Below, piece by piece: positions 9,877-18,889 of a stretch of 64,000 nt of DNA. A model generated the notes under the pieces. The model did not search any database. It was not told the origin of the DNA and saw only the letters and a list, made by a program, of their open reading frames with translations. Each line of letters begins with the position of its first letter. Position 1 is the first letter of the stretch. Position numbers and translations under genes: made by a program. The stretch is from Candidatus Nomurabacteria bacterium. Lineage in GTDB: Bacteria > Patescibacteriota > Minisyncoccia > Phycocordibacterales > UBA918. Location of the stretch: the NCBI GenBank assembly GCA_023898585.1, contig CP060229.1:594149-658148 (forward strand). Direction: 5' to 3'.

Positions 9877-10641
9877 ATGTCAATTACAACAGAAAAAACA
9901 CCACTGATAGATCGGCTTTTCAAAGCCGGGTCACATTTTGGTTTCAAAAAAGCCAGACGCCATCCGACAGTCGCTCCGTTTCTTTTTACCACAAAGGACG
10001 GTAACGATATTTTTGATCTTGAAAAGACCGCTTTATCAATAGAAAAAACTAAAGAAATGCTCAAAGAGGCCGGTCTTCAGGGCAAAACGGTACTTTTAGT
10101 TGGAACAAAAGATGAAGTCTCCAGAATTGTAAAGGCGGTTGCCGAAAAAGTGGCCACTCCCTACGTGACCAACCGTTGGATAGGAGGTATGTTAACTAAT
10201 TTTGCTGAGATGAAGAGACGTATCAATCGCCTGGAAGAATTGAATGCGGAAAAAGAATCAGGTGAGCTCGAAAGAAAATACACTAAGAAGGAACGAGTAC
10301 TTATCGGTCGTGAGGTGGCCAAATTAGATTTTAATTTCAGTGGCATTTCTTCACTTAAAAAAATGCCAGACTACATATTGGTGGTTGATCCTCGACACGA
10401 TTCCATAGCGGTAACCGAAGCTAGGGATAAAAAAATTCCTGTCATAGCGATAATGAGTTCTGATTGTGACGTCGCTAAAGTCAAGTTCCCTATCGTAGCC
10501 AATGATTCGCTACAGACTAGCGTGTCTCTTATTTTGAATGAGCTCACTGCTTCCTATGCGGAAGGTAAGTCTTCCTATACACCTACACCTAAATCCGCTG
10601 ACTCTCAATCGAGAGTTTCGGTTAGACGCAAGGTTGCATAG
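9877..10641 (+). CDS. rpsB: Ribosomal protein uS2
   Basis: N-terminal KAGSHFGFKKARRHP and VVDPRHDSIAVTEA are conserved S2 blocks. Confidence 0.9.
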   Translation: MSITTEKTPLIDRLFKAGSHFGFKKARRHPTVAPFLFTTKDGNDIFDLEKTALSIEKTKEMLKEAGLQGKTVLLVGTKDEVSRIVKAVAEKVATPYVTNRWIGGMLTNFAEMKRRINRLEELNAEKESGELERKYTKKERVLIGREVAKLDFNFSGISSLKKMPDYILVVDPRHDSIAVTEARDKKIPVIAIMSSDCDVAKVKFPIVANDSLQTSVSLILNELTASYAEGKSSYTPTPKSADSQSRVSVRRKVA

Positions 10642-10689
10642 CGGTTTTGGTTGTAGCAAGGTCTAATTTATTTAGTTCATTTATATTTT

Positions 10690-11274
10690 ATGGAAATAAC
10701 ATCGGCACAATTAAAAGAATTACGAGAAAAGACTGGAATTTCAGTGATGCAATGTAAGACTGCGTTGGAAGAGGCTGGAGGGGATATGGACAAAGCGGTT
10801 ATTATTTTGAAGAAAAAGAGAAGTGAGGCCGCGGATAAAAAATCCGATCGAGTGCTGGGAGCGGGAGCGGTTGGAGTCTACGTTCATAATACAAACGAAG
10901 TCGCAGCTATGGTGTTGCTGGCTTGCGAAACCGATTTTGTGTCCAAGAATGAGGAATTTGTTGCTCTTGCGAAAGATATCGCAATGCATGTTGCTGCCAC
11001 GAACCCAGGTTATATAAACAGGGATGAATTACCTGAAGAAGTAGTAAAGAAAGCCAAGGAAGTATTTGCGACTGAAATAGAAGGTAAACCGGCTGAAATG
11101 CAAGAAAAAATAATGGAAGGGAAATTGGCTTCCTATTTCAAAGATCAAATTTTGCTCGAACAAGATTTCATTAAAAATCCCGAGACGACTATCGGTGAAA
11201 TGGTCAAGGGTGCTGTGCATAAATTCGGAGAAAATGTGTCGGTTGCAAAAATAGCCCAAGTGTCTGTAAAATAG
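10690..11274 (+). CDS. tsf: Elongation factor Ts (short form)
   Basis: MEITSAQLKELREKTGISVMQCKTALEEAGGDMDKA is the UBA-like N-terminal domain of EF-Ts. Canonical rpsB-tsf order. Confidence 0.9.
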   Translation: MEITSAQLKELREKTGISVMQCKTALEEAGGDMDKAVIILKKKRSEAADKKSDRVLGAGAVGVYVHNTNEVAAMVLLACETDFVSKNEEFVALAKDIAMHVAATNPGYINRDELPEEVVKKAKEVFATEIEGKPAEMQEKIMEGKLASYFKDQILLEQDFIKNPETTIGEMVKGAVHKFGENVSVAKIAQVSVK

Positions 11275-11278
11275 TCGA

Positions 11279-11722
11279 ATGATATTTCCCGCCACTATTT
11301 CATTTGTTGGAAGTATTTTGGTTTTCATCATTCTCTGCGCGGGGATACAAAAAGAACGTCGGCGCGGTCGACGTTTTTTTGCGACCAGTCTCAGAAACTG
11401 GTTGGATGAAAAGATCGATAAACTCGGTCGATGGGTAATTATGAGCTGGGATCATTTCGTTAAGTATATTGTACAGCTAAATTGGTACTACAGTATCCAT
11501 TCTGTTTTGAAAGGAATCTTAAGAGTGATTGTTAAGTTCTACACTTATTTCGAAAACGTCTTTGAAGTAAACAGAAGTCGGACAAAACAACTCCGGGCGG
11601 AAAAAAGACAGTTGAGCAAAATGAATCATCTGCGACAAATGGCTGAGCACAAAGAAGACGTGGCTCTATCGCCAGCCCAAAAACAAAAATTGCGGAAAAA
11701 GAAGTTGGAAGAAAAACATTGA
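11279..11722 (+). CDS. Hypothetical membrane protein with K/R-rich C-terminus
   Basis: One N-terminal TM helix. No known domain. Confidence 0.4.
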   Translation: MIFPATISFVGSILVFIILCAGIQKERRRGRRFFATSLRNWLDEKIDKLGRWVIMSWDHFVKYIVQLNWYYSIHSVLKGILRVIVKFYTYFENVFEVNRSRTKQLRAEKRQLSKMNHLRQMAEHKEDVALSPAQKQKLRKKKLEEKH

Positions 11723-11814
11723 TGTTTTCTGAACAGCAGAAAAGATGGAAAATATATTTTTTTTCTGATAGGATACAGACCGCAATCAGGTTAGTTCCGA
11801 TAGTTTTTAGATAA

Positions 11815-11889
11815 GCCACCTTAGCTCAGTGGTAGAGCATCGGTTTTGTAAACCGCAGGTCGTCAGTTCAAATCTGACAGGTGGCTCCA
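11815..11889 (+). tRNA. tRNA-Thr (anticodon UGU), CCA encoded
   Basis: Manual cloverleaf: acceptor GCCACCT/AGGTGGC, D stem GCTC/GAGC, anticodon loop TTTGTAA (U33, UGU, A37), T stem GTCAG/CTGAC with loop TTCAAAT, discriminator U, 3' CCA. Confidence 0.85.
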
Positions 11890-12084
11890 AAAAGAAGGAA
11901 GTGGTGAGAGACTCTAGACTCCGGGTTTGCTATTTCTGTTTCCGAATAAGTTCACGACGTATTTTACTGGCAATGATTTATAACAAAGATATTTTTAATT
12001 ACGCCCAATACTTTCTCGACTAAGTTTTTGTAAACCTATTGATTATGTGTCCAACTGCGTAAAATAGCTTTATTTTAGGCTGAA

Positions 12085-13671
12085 ATGGGTATATACTCGC
12101 CAAGTAAATCTATGTCCCAAAAAGACTTGTCGCATTTACTACCGTATGCCAGGAGGAGTGATTTCAAGGTAGCGAGAGCATCGGAGTTGGTTGGTAGAGA
12201 CCGATATTTTTTTCGCTTTCTGGAGGTTGTGCCCGGTGTGGCCTCCTGGGGGGCACTGATTGGGATCGTGTTGGCCTCGATGTACGCTCCTTTTTTCGCT
12301 GCCTATTTCATCATTGCTTTTTCAGTATATTGGGTTTTGAAAACAGTCTTTCTTTCTGTTCACGTGAGACATAATTGGAAGCGACTCAAGCACCATATGG
12401 AGCTTGATTGGCAACAAATGGTTGGCCGTTTTGAATATGATAAATTTTACCACTTAGTAATTTTCCCCTTCTACAAAGAACCCAGGGAGGTCCTGGAAGA
12501 AACATTACTTGGCCTCACCAAAGCCAAGTACGACGCTAAAAAGTTGATTGTGGTTCTGGCGTCGGAAGAGAGGGCAGGGAAGGACGCGACCGCACTAGCT
12601 TATGAAATGGAAAAAAAGTTTTCCTCGCAATTTGGTCACTTTCTCGTCACGGTTCACCCTGCTGACACCATGGGAGAGATTGCCGGCAAAGGTTCTAATA
12701 CTCACTTTGCCCTGCACGAAGTAAAAGAAAAAATCATTGATCAGAATCACATTCCCTATAAAAATATAATAACTTCGATTTTTGATGTTGATACGGTTAT
12801 CTACCCAGACTATTTCAACTGCCTGATTTGGCACTTCATGACGGTCGAAAATCCTTACAAAAGCGCTTTCCAGCCGGTACCTCTTTTCACAAATAATTTA
12901 TGGGAAGCAACGGCTCTCGCTAGAGTAATGGCCATGTCAAGCACTTTCTGGCAAATGATCATGCAAGAACGTCCAGAGAAAGCAGCAACATTTTCTTCCC
13001 ACTCCGTCAGTTTTCAGGCCCTTTACGAAATCGGTTATGGTCAGGCCAATGTGGTAAGTGAAGACTCCAGGATATTCTGGAATTTATTGATTGCGAATAA
13101 CGGTAATTTTGAAGTTGTTTCGCTGTCCTACCCGATTGCCATGGATGCTACGACTGCTCCGACTTTACGAGGTACGATTGCCAATATCTATCGCCAACAC
13201 CGACGTTGGACATATGGGGTGGAAAATTGGTGTTATATCATTTATCATTTTTCCAAGAACAAAGCCATTCCTTTTAAAAAACGACTGACGATAGCTGTTT
13301 TGCAGGGGGAGGGGTATTGGTCTTTGGTTACCAACCCAATAATGCTTTTTATTCTCGGTTGGGCACCGATCTTTTTGGGCACCAGAGAATTTCATGAAAC
13401 GGTACTTTCTTACGAATTGCCGATTATGGTCAGAAATCTACTCATCGTCGCCATGTTTGGCTTAGTTGTGTCGTCGGTTATTTCGTTATCGCTGACTCCG
13501 CCTCGCCCCGATGGACACAGCCGTTTTCGTTACATTGTCATGACCTTGCAGTGGATAATGGTGCCGATGACGATGATTGTGTTTAGCGCTATACCCGGCC
13601 TTGATGCGCAGACAAGGTTAATGTTGGGGCGATACATGGGATTTTGGGTGACACCCAAGAGAGAAAAATAA
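12085..13671 (+). CDS. Processive family-2 glycosyltransferase, integral membrane (cellulose/chitin/hyaluronan-synthase-like)
   Basis: Multiple TM helices. DVDTVIYPD (DxD) and YRQHRRW (QxxRW processivity motif). Confidence 0.7.
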   Translation: MGIYSPSKSMSQKDLSHLLPYARRSDFKVARASELVGRDRYFFRFLEVVPGVASWGALIGIVLASMYAPFFAAYFIIAFSVYWVLKTVFLSVHVRHNWKRLKHHMELDWQQMVGRFEYDKFYHLVIFPFYKEPREVLEETLLGLTKAKYDAKKLIVVLASEERAGKDATALAYEMEKKFSSQFGHFLVTVHPADTMGEIAGKGSNTHFALHEVKEKIIDQNHIPYKNIITSIFDVDTVIYPDYFNCLIWHFMTVENPYKSAFQPVPLFTNNLWEATALARVMAMSSTFWQMIMQERPEKAATFSSHSVSFQALYEIGYGQANVVSEDSRIFWNLLIANNGNFEVVSLSYPIAMDATTAPTLRGTIANIYRQHRRWTYGVENWCYIIYHFSKNKAIPFKKRLTIAVLQGEGYWSLVTNPIMLFILGWAPIFLGTREFHETVLSYELPIMVRNLLIVAMFGLVVSSVISLSLTPPRPDGHSRFRYIVMTLQWIMVPMTMIVFSAIPGLDAQTRLMLGRYMGFWVTPKREK

Positions 13672-13673
13672 TT

Positions 13674-14825
13674 ATGACGATAGAACCGCAAATTGGTGAA
13701 TTATCACATAAACGCCGACAACGATTCTTTTTCGTGTTGGTATTTATTTTTATACTGGCGTTGCCGGCGCTTATATTCTATACGACCGGATACCGACTGA
13801 GTTTCGAAAACGAAGAGACCAGTATTGTTTCGACCGGGGGAATTTATGTTACGACCGACAATCTTGAAGTCAGTGTATACATAGATGATAAAAAAGAAGA
13901 AAAACCCCGCCTCTTTCGCTCGGCCTATTACATTCAAAACATCGCGTCGGGACAACATAGAATCGTGGTTCAACGTCCGGATTTGTACACCTGGGTCAAG
14001 GTACTGCCGGTTGATCCTCATATCGTTATAGAGGCATCGTCTTTCAATATGCCTCTTCTGCCACATTTGCGACCAATAACCAGATACACAACAAAGACAA
14101 ACATGCCGGTATTTTTTGTGTCCTCGACTTCAATAGATGTTTTACCGGGGGCTACCTCCACCATCCCATATTTGCTCGCCACTTCGACAGCCACCTCGAC
14201 TTTTAATCTGAACGAAGAATATATCTTCGTCGAAAGTCTTTTCAGCACGACTTCGACATCCAGCAAATCGGTTTTTGATATATTTTTGAATAATTTTGAA
14301 CGCTTTGGTTTTGCCACCTCCAGTTCCGGTGTTGATGATTATGCACCAGAAGAGGAATTTATTCGAAACGGTAACTCAGTATTGATTGAAAGAGATAATG
14401 AGTTGTATGTCGTATGGCAAGGTGGCCTGAATAACATCCCGCACTATTTTTGTGTATCCGGTATCAGACCAAGCTCTACAGCCAAACGCTATGGACAACA
14501 TGTCGCTGACGAGATAAAAAGAATGTCAATCTCCACCTCGAGCCCTTTGCTGATTGATGGTAACAGAGTTTGTCGCTCGGAAATAAAACTTGATCGCCTG
14601 AGACAAGATGTTTATTTTTATGACTTCTTTCCTGATAATTCAGACCTGGTATTGTTACAGTTGGAAGACGGACTCTATGTAACGGAGATCGATGATCGTT
14701 CCTGGCAGAATTCACAAATGATCTATCCCGGAAAAGATTTTCGAGTGGTGGTGGAAAACAACGCGATTTTTATTGAAAAAAATGAGATGTATTTCGAGAT
14801 TATTACGGAAATTGAACCGAAGTAA
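13674..14825 (+). CDS. Membrane-anchored PEGA-domain protein, likely partner of the GT2 synthase
   Basis: Starts 3 nt after the GT2 stop. N-terminal TM helix. GGIYVTTDNLEVSVYIDD...GQHRIVVQRPDLYTWVKVLPV fits the PEGA beta-sandwich pattern. Confidence 0.55.
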   Translation: MTIEPQIGELSHKRRQRFFFVLVFIFILALPALIFYTTGYRLSFENEETSIVSTGGIYVTTDNLEVSVYIDDKKEEKPRLFRSAYYIQNIASGQHRIVVQRPDLYTWVKVLPVDPHIVIEASSFNMPLLPHLRPITRYTTKTNMPVFFVSSTSIDVLPGATSTIPYLLATSTATSTFNLNEEYIFVESLFSTTSTSSKSVFDIFLNNFERFGFATSSSGVDDYAPEEEFIRNGNSVLIERDNELYVVWQGGLNNIPHYFCVSGIRPSSTAKRYGQHVADEIKRMSISTSSPLLIDGNRVCRSEIKLDRLRQDVYFYDFFPDNSDLVLLQLEDGLYVTEIDDRSWQNSQMIYPGKDFRVVVENNAIFIEKNEMYFEIITEIEPK

Positions 14826-14856
14826 TCACATGCTAGAATAAGAACTGTAAAATTTT

Positions 14857-15576
14857 ATGAAAATACCAACTGGACATCAGCATCCAATCACCAGAATGAT
14901 CTCAGAGATCAATAGTATTTTTTCCGAAATCGGTTTCGTCTTTGCTGAAGGACCAGAGGCAGAAACGACACATTACAACTTTGATCAACTCAATGTACCG
15001 AAAGATCACCCGGCTCGTGATATGCAAGACACATTCTTTTTTAAAGAGAAAGACGTGAGTGAACCAACGGTATTGCGCACGCATACGAGTCCTGTGCAGG
15101 CGCGATATATGGAAAGTCACAAACCACCAATTCGTATCATTGTGCCAGGGAAAGTATTTCGCAACGAAGCGACTGATGCTACGCACGAAGCACAGTTTTA
15201 TCAGCTAGAGGGTCTGTATGTTGACAAAGGGGTGCATCTCGGTCACCTGAAAGGAACTCTTGAGTACTTTTTCTCCAAACTGTTTAGTGGTGAGACAGAA
15301 GTTCGTTTCCGACCGAGCTTCTTCCCATTTACTGAGCCGAGCGTGGAAGTCGATATGAAAATCGAGGGAGAAGGAAAGTTGTGTGGCAAATGGATCGAGG
15401 TTATGGGTGCGGGTATGGTGAATCCAAGAGTGCTTAGTAACTGTGGTATTGATCCTGACGTGTACTCTGGTTTTGCATTTGGTATGGGTATCGATCGTCT
15501 GGGGGTGATGAAGTATGGCATTGAGGATGTGCGCGACTATTATTCGGGTGACTTACGATTCGTTAATCAGTTTTAA
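14857..15576 (+). CDS. pheS: Phenylalanine--tRNA ligase alpha subunit (short, catalytic core only)
   Basis: Class II motifs: PKDHPARDMQDTFF (motif 2 region), FRPSFFPFTEPS, GMGIDRL (motif 3). Only 239 aa. Confidence 0.9.
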   Translation: MKIPTGHQHPITRMISEINSIFSEIGFVFAEGPEAETTHYNFDQLNVPKDHPARDMQDTFFFKEKDVSEPTVLRTHTSPVQARYMESHKPPIRIIVPGKVFRNEATDATHEAQFYQLEGLYVDKGVHLGHLKGTLEYFFSKLFSGETEVRFRPSFFPFTEPSVEVDMKIEGEGKLCGKWIEVMGAGMVNPRVLSNCGIDPDVYSGFAFGMGIDRLGVMKYGIEDVRDYYSGDLRFVNQF

Positions 15577-15579
15577 AGT

Positions 15580-17502
15580 ATGGAAGTAATACATAGCTGG
15601 CTCAAAGAATATCTTGGTAAAGCACTACCTGAAGCAAAGCAAATAGAAGATTTGTTGACGTTCCATGCATTTGAAATTGAGGGAGTTGAGGAACGGGTAG
15701 GCGAGACAATTATTGACGTGGATGTGTTGCCAAACCGTTCCAGTGACAGTCTCTCACACCGTGGCGTAGCGCGAGAGGTAGCCACCTTACTTGATGTGCA
15801 GTTAGAGACAGATCCATTAACTCAAGATATCACCATTGGGACTGGTTCTAAGGTTACTCTACATATTGAAGACAAAGAGTTGTGTCCTCGGTTCACCGCG
15901 GCTGTGATTACTGGTGTGAAAGTAAAAGAGTCTCCCACTTGGCTTAAGCAAAAGCTGGAGGCACTTGGCCAGCGTTCTATTAACAATGTGGTGGACGCGA
16001 CTAACTATGTCATGTATGGGATCGGACAACCAACCCATGCTTTTGATTTCGATAAAATGGGGAAAGATACTGAAGGTCGAGTGAATATCACCGTTCGTCT
16101 TGGGAAAGCAGGTGAAGAACTAACGCTGCTGACTGGCGAGCACATTACATCCGATCCTAACATGTTGCACCTCGTTGATGGTAATACTGACACTTTGCTT
16201 GACTTGGCGGGTATCAAAGGTGGCGCTGCAGCGGAGTTAACTAAAGATACAATGAACATTGTTGTGACTAGTGGTAACTTCAACTTCAAGTCAGTGCGCC
16301 AGACTGCGCGTAAAGTACGAATTACCACCGACGCTTCTAACCGATTCCAAAATCAGCCATCCCCAGAGTTAGCAGGATATGGTCTCCAGGAAACTGTACG
16401 ACTTATCTTGGAGCTGGCTGGTGGTGAAAATGACGGTATGGTAGATGCGTATCCATTGCGTCCAGAAACCGTTGTAACCAAAGTGCGAGTTGAGAAAGTC
16501 AATGACCTGCTCGGTCTCTCACTATCTGTTGAGGAAGTAAAACACATCATCGAGCGCATAGGTGCGACGGTGGAAGAAAAAGGCGGGGGTGTGCTTGTGG
16601 CAACAGCACCATGGGAACGAACCGACCTTGTGATCGAAGCGGACTACATTGAAGAAGTGGGGCGCATTCATGGTTTGTCTAACATAGAGCCAGTTGTCCC
16701 AGAAGCAGCACCACTCATTGAGGTCAATAAACGGCAGTACTATAGCGAGAAGGTGCGGCACACACTCATGGCAGTTGGCTTTTCTGAGGTCATTACTTCA
16801 TCATTCCTTAAAAAAGCGGAGATACAGCTGCAAAACGCACTGGCTGGTGATAAGAGCTACATCCGCAATACGTTGTTAAGAAATATTACTGCCGTACTTG
16901 ATGCTAATATTGTGCACTGCGATCTGCTCGGTATTCCAGATGTGCGCGTGTTCGAGATTGGTGCGGTTTTTGATAAGACTGAAAGCGGAGTGGGGGAGCA
17001 TTTGGCGCTGACTCTTGGTGCGCGTACTAAAGGTAATGGCTACAACCCGAAAGATGACCAGGTGTTGGAAGTGGGGCAGAAAGCGGTCGAGAGTGTGTTG
17101 GGTGAAAAATTAGATTGGAAGATAGAAAAAGGGGTAGCAGAACTTGATCTTGGTGCTGTGCTGGAAACGCTTCTTGTGCCAACAGGGTACGAACCATATG
17201 AGAAACCAGCAGTCGTTTCATTTCGGCCAATTGTGCCATATCCAGCTATTGCTCGTGACATAGCGCTGTGGGTGGCCGGCGACGATGAGGCTTCCGAGGT
17301 GGCAGACATCCTCACTGCCGCCGCCGGCCCACTGCTTGTCCGACATGACCTTTTCGACACCTTCGAAAAAGATGATCGTACGAGCTACGCCTTTCGTCTC
17401 GTTTTTCAGTCCCCAGAAAAAACCCTCACTGATGAAGAGGTGAACAAAATTATGGACGAGGTGTACGCGGTGGCAAAGAAAGAGGGTTGGGAGGTGAGAT
17501 AG
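15580..17502 (+). CDS. pheT: Phenylalanine--tRNA ligase beta subunit (short, 640 aa)
   Basis: N-terminal MEVIHSWLKEYL and B3/4 and B5-like regions. Immediately downstream of pheS. Confidence 0.85.
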   Translation: MEVIHSWLKEYLGKALPEAKQIEDLLTFHAFEIEGVEERVGETIIDVDVLPNRSSDSLSHRGVAREVATLLDVQLETDPLTQDITIGTGSKVTLHIEDKELCPRFTAAVITGVKVKESPTWLKQKLEALGQRSINNVVDATNYVMYGIGQPTHAFDFDKMGKDTEGRVNITVRLGKAGEELTLLTGEHITSDPNMLHLVDGNTDTLLDLAGIKGGAAAELTKDTMNIVVTSGNFNFKSVRQTARKVRITTDASNRFQNQPSPELAGYGLQETVRLILELAGGENDGMVDAYPLRPETVVTKVRVEKVNDLLGLSLSVEEVKHIIERIGATVEEKGGGVLVATAPWERTDLVIEADYIEEVGRIHGLSNIEPVVPEAAPLIEVNKRQYYSEKVRHTLMAVGFSEVITSSFLKKAEIQLQNALAGDKSYIRNTLLRNITAVLDANIVHCDLLGIPDVRVFEIGAVFDKTESGVGEHLALTLGARTKGNGYNPKDDQVLEVGQKAVESVLGEKLDWKIEKGVAELDLGAVLETLLVPTGYEPYEKPAVVSFRPIVPYPAIARDIALWVAGDDEASEVADILTAAAGPLLVRHDLFDTFEKDDRTSYAFRLVFQSPEKTLTDEEVNKIMDEVYAVAKKEGWEVR

Positions 17503-17519
17503 TTTTATATGTAATCAAA

Positions 17520-17829
17520 AACAAAAAAGCCGGTCTACATCTTATTTCTCACCAGCGCTACGCGCACCTCAATTAGGGTGGTGGTTCGAAATAAGACGTG
17601 AGCCGGTTTTCTCTTGTGTGCGTAGCCACCCAAGCCACTTCCGCTAAGTAGACTCACCGTCCTTGCGGACAGCGGTTTGGGGATGGTAGCGGAAGCGGCT
17701 TTTGCGAAAACTGACCAGCCTGAACCTATGAGAGGTCAAACCCCTCATAAAAACGGAATGGTGAAAATGGCAGGACGGGAAGTATGATAAAAAAGTCCCG
17801 CATCGTGTTAATGATGCGGGGCGGTTTTT
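17520..17829 (+). ncRNA. Candidate structured non-coding RNA (class unassigned) ending in a bidirectional intrinsic terminator
   Basis: About 310 nt with no credible ORF in a compact genome. Nested imperfect inverted repeats: AGCCGGTCTACATCTTATTTC / GAAATAAGACGTGAGCCGG, and CCACTTCCGCTA / TAGCGGAAGCGG enclosing CCGTCC..GGACAG. Terminates at CCCGCATC-gtgttaat-GATGCGGG plus TTTTT (17797-17829). Confidence 0.4.
17797..17829. terminator. Bidirectional intrinsic terminator (U-runs on both strands)
   Basis: 8-bp GC-rich stem flanked by AAAAAA on the plus 5' side and TTTTT on the 3' side. Serves the candidate ncRNA on plus and the 17847..18368 gene on minus. Confidence 0.7.
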
Positions 17830-17846
17830 CAGGGCGAAGCCTCTAC

Positions 17847-18368
17847 TCACAAATCTTGAGTTTTACCCAACAGTTCAGCGTATCGAGGATTATCCCTTCG
17901 AAACTGTGTTTCCAGGGCCATTCGCTCCCGGTCGCTTTTTCGGGTGTATTTCAGATAGAGAAGTGACACCAATAATGCACCAACTATGGCGGTTAGCAAT
18001 GCGATAGAAAAAGTGTAACTAAATCCTGTAGCAAGCAAAGATTCAATGTTGTTGACTGTTAACCAAATGACGACTGAAAAATATGTGAATATGAGTGCCA
18101 CTATAAACGTACCATCATGACCCCAAATCCCTAATCGTTCATTCGTGAATTCCTGGAGTCGTTTTCTCCAGGTGTTCCACTCTTCGGTACATACATTTGC
18201 CTGAACATATTGAGTCTCGTGCATATGAGGTTCGTCATCAGTGCTGCAGATCAAACACTTAGCCATCCTCTCATTGATAGGGTGGTCTAGTCCAGTGGCT
18301 TCGTCGTGGAAGAAGCGAACTTTCTGCTTCGTTGTCATGGTAAGAACTCCTTGCAGGGTTTCCTGCAT
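17847..18368 (-). CDS. Hypothetical membrane protein with N-terminal Cys/His cluster (possible zinc-ribbon; anti-sigma-like architecture)
   Basis: N-terminal HDEATGLDHPINERMAKCLIC...H.H...C, then two or three TM helices. Confidence 0.4.
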   Translation of the reverse strand: MQETLQGVLTMTTKQKVRFFHDEATGLDHPINERMAKCLICSTDDEPHMHETQYVQANVCTEEWNTWRKRLQEFTNERLGIWGHDGTFIVALIFTYFSVVIWLTVNNIESLLATGFSYTFSIALLTAIVGALLVSLLYLKYTRKSDRERMALETQFRRDNPRYAELLGKTQDL

Positions 18369-18468
18369 TGTAAATTCGCTGTTATTTATATAACGAAGTA
18401 TGTATTATGTCAAAAAACCCCGCACACGTGTAGTGGCGGGGTCGTCGATTTGAGATTGTTTGGTCAGG

Positions 18469-18729
18469 TCAGTTTTCGGCCGCCGCCTTGACTATGCGCC
18501 TGAGCAGTTCCGGACCCAAAGCTACAGTCAAGAATCCGATACAAATGAGCACGGATCCAAGCAGAGCGTTAAGCCACGCATTGGGCAGGAAGGGTCCTGT
18601 CACGTCAGATAAGATCCTGACTCCAAACATAAGGGTGATTCCGCCTGCGGCGATGAGTAAGAAAAAGAGCTTAAGCTGCAGTGTTTTGAGTTTGTCGCTC
18701 TTCTTCAAAAGACTGAGTGTGTTTTCCAC
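18469..18729 (-). CDS. Small two-TM membrane protein (86 aa)
   Basis: Hydrophobic helices. Followed on the minus strand by a hairpin plus T-run at about 18415-18445. Confidence 0.4.
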   Translation of the reverse strand: MENTLSLLKKSDKLKTLQLKLFFLLIAAGGITLMFGVRILSDVTGPFLPNAWLNALLGSVLICIGFLTVALGPELLRRIVKAAAEN

Positions 18730-18889
18730 GGTTTCCTCCTTAAGGTTCAGTGGTGGAACCGAATTATTTAATCATAAATTAAGCATTAAGTCAATAAATA
18801 ATTACTCAACAAACCAGTCTAAAAGGAAGAGATTTTTGGGTAAAAAAATGCTATAATGGGCGCTAATTTATTGATTATTTTTATTCTGT

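Noticed and set aside
11829-12023. 64-aa ORF predicted on the plus strand
   Set aside because: It begins inside tRNA-Thr and has no RBS. Spurious.
17560-17590. Second T-box element (AATTAGGGTGGTGG)
   Set aside because: It matches only the first 11 nt of the T-box consensus. The 7-nt bulge lacks the ACC needed to pair with tRNA NCCA, and no downstream gene on that strand would be regulated.
17520-17829. tmRNA (ssrA) assignment for the structured region, prompted by the string GAGAGGTCAAACCC, which resembles a tmRNA pseudoknot segment as I recall it, and a GGTTCGAA string
   Set aside because: No tRNA-like T-arm or acceptor pairing with a 3' CCA could be built around GGTTCGAA. No tag reading frame ending in hydrophobic-AA-stop precedes the motif. 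The similarity is short and from memory only.
17520-17829. RNase P RNA or SRP RNA assignment
   Set aside because: Fragments weakly resembling P4 (AAAGTCCcGC) and GGTGAAA exist, but not in the required order or spacing. No CCGGAAGG-AGCAGC SRP helix-8 motif. Needs a covariance-model search.
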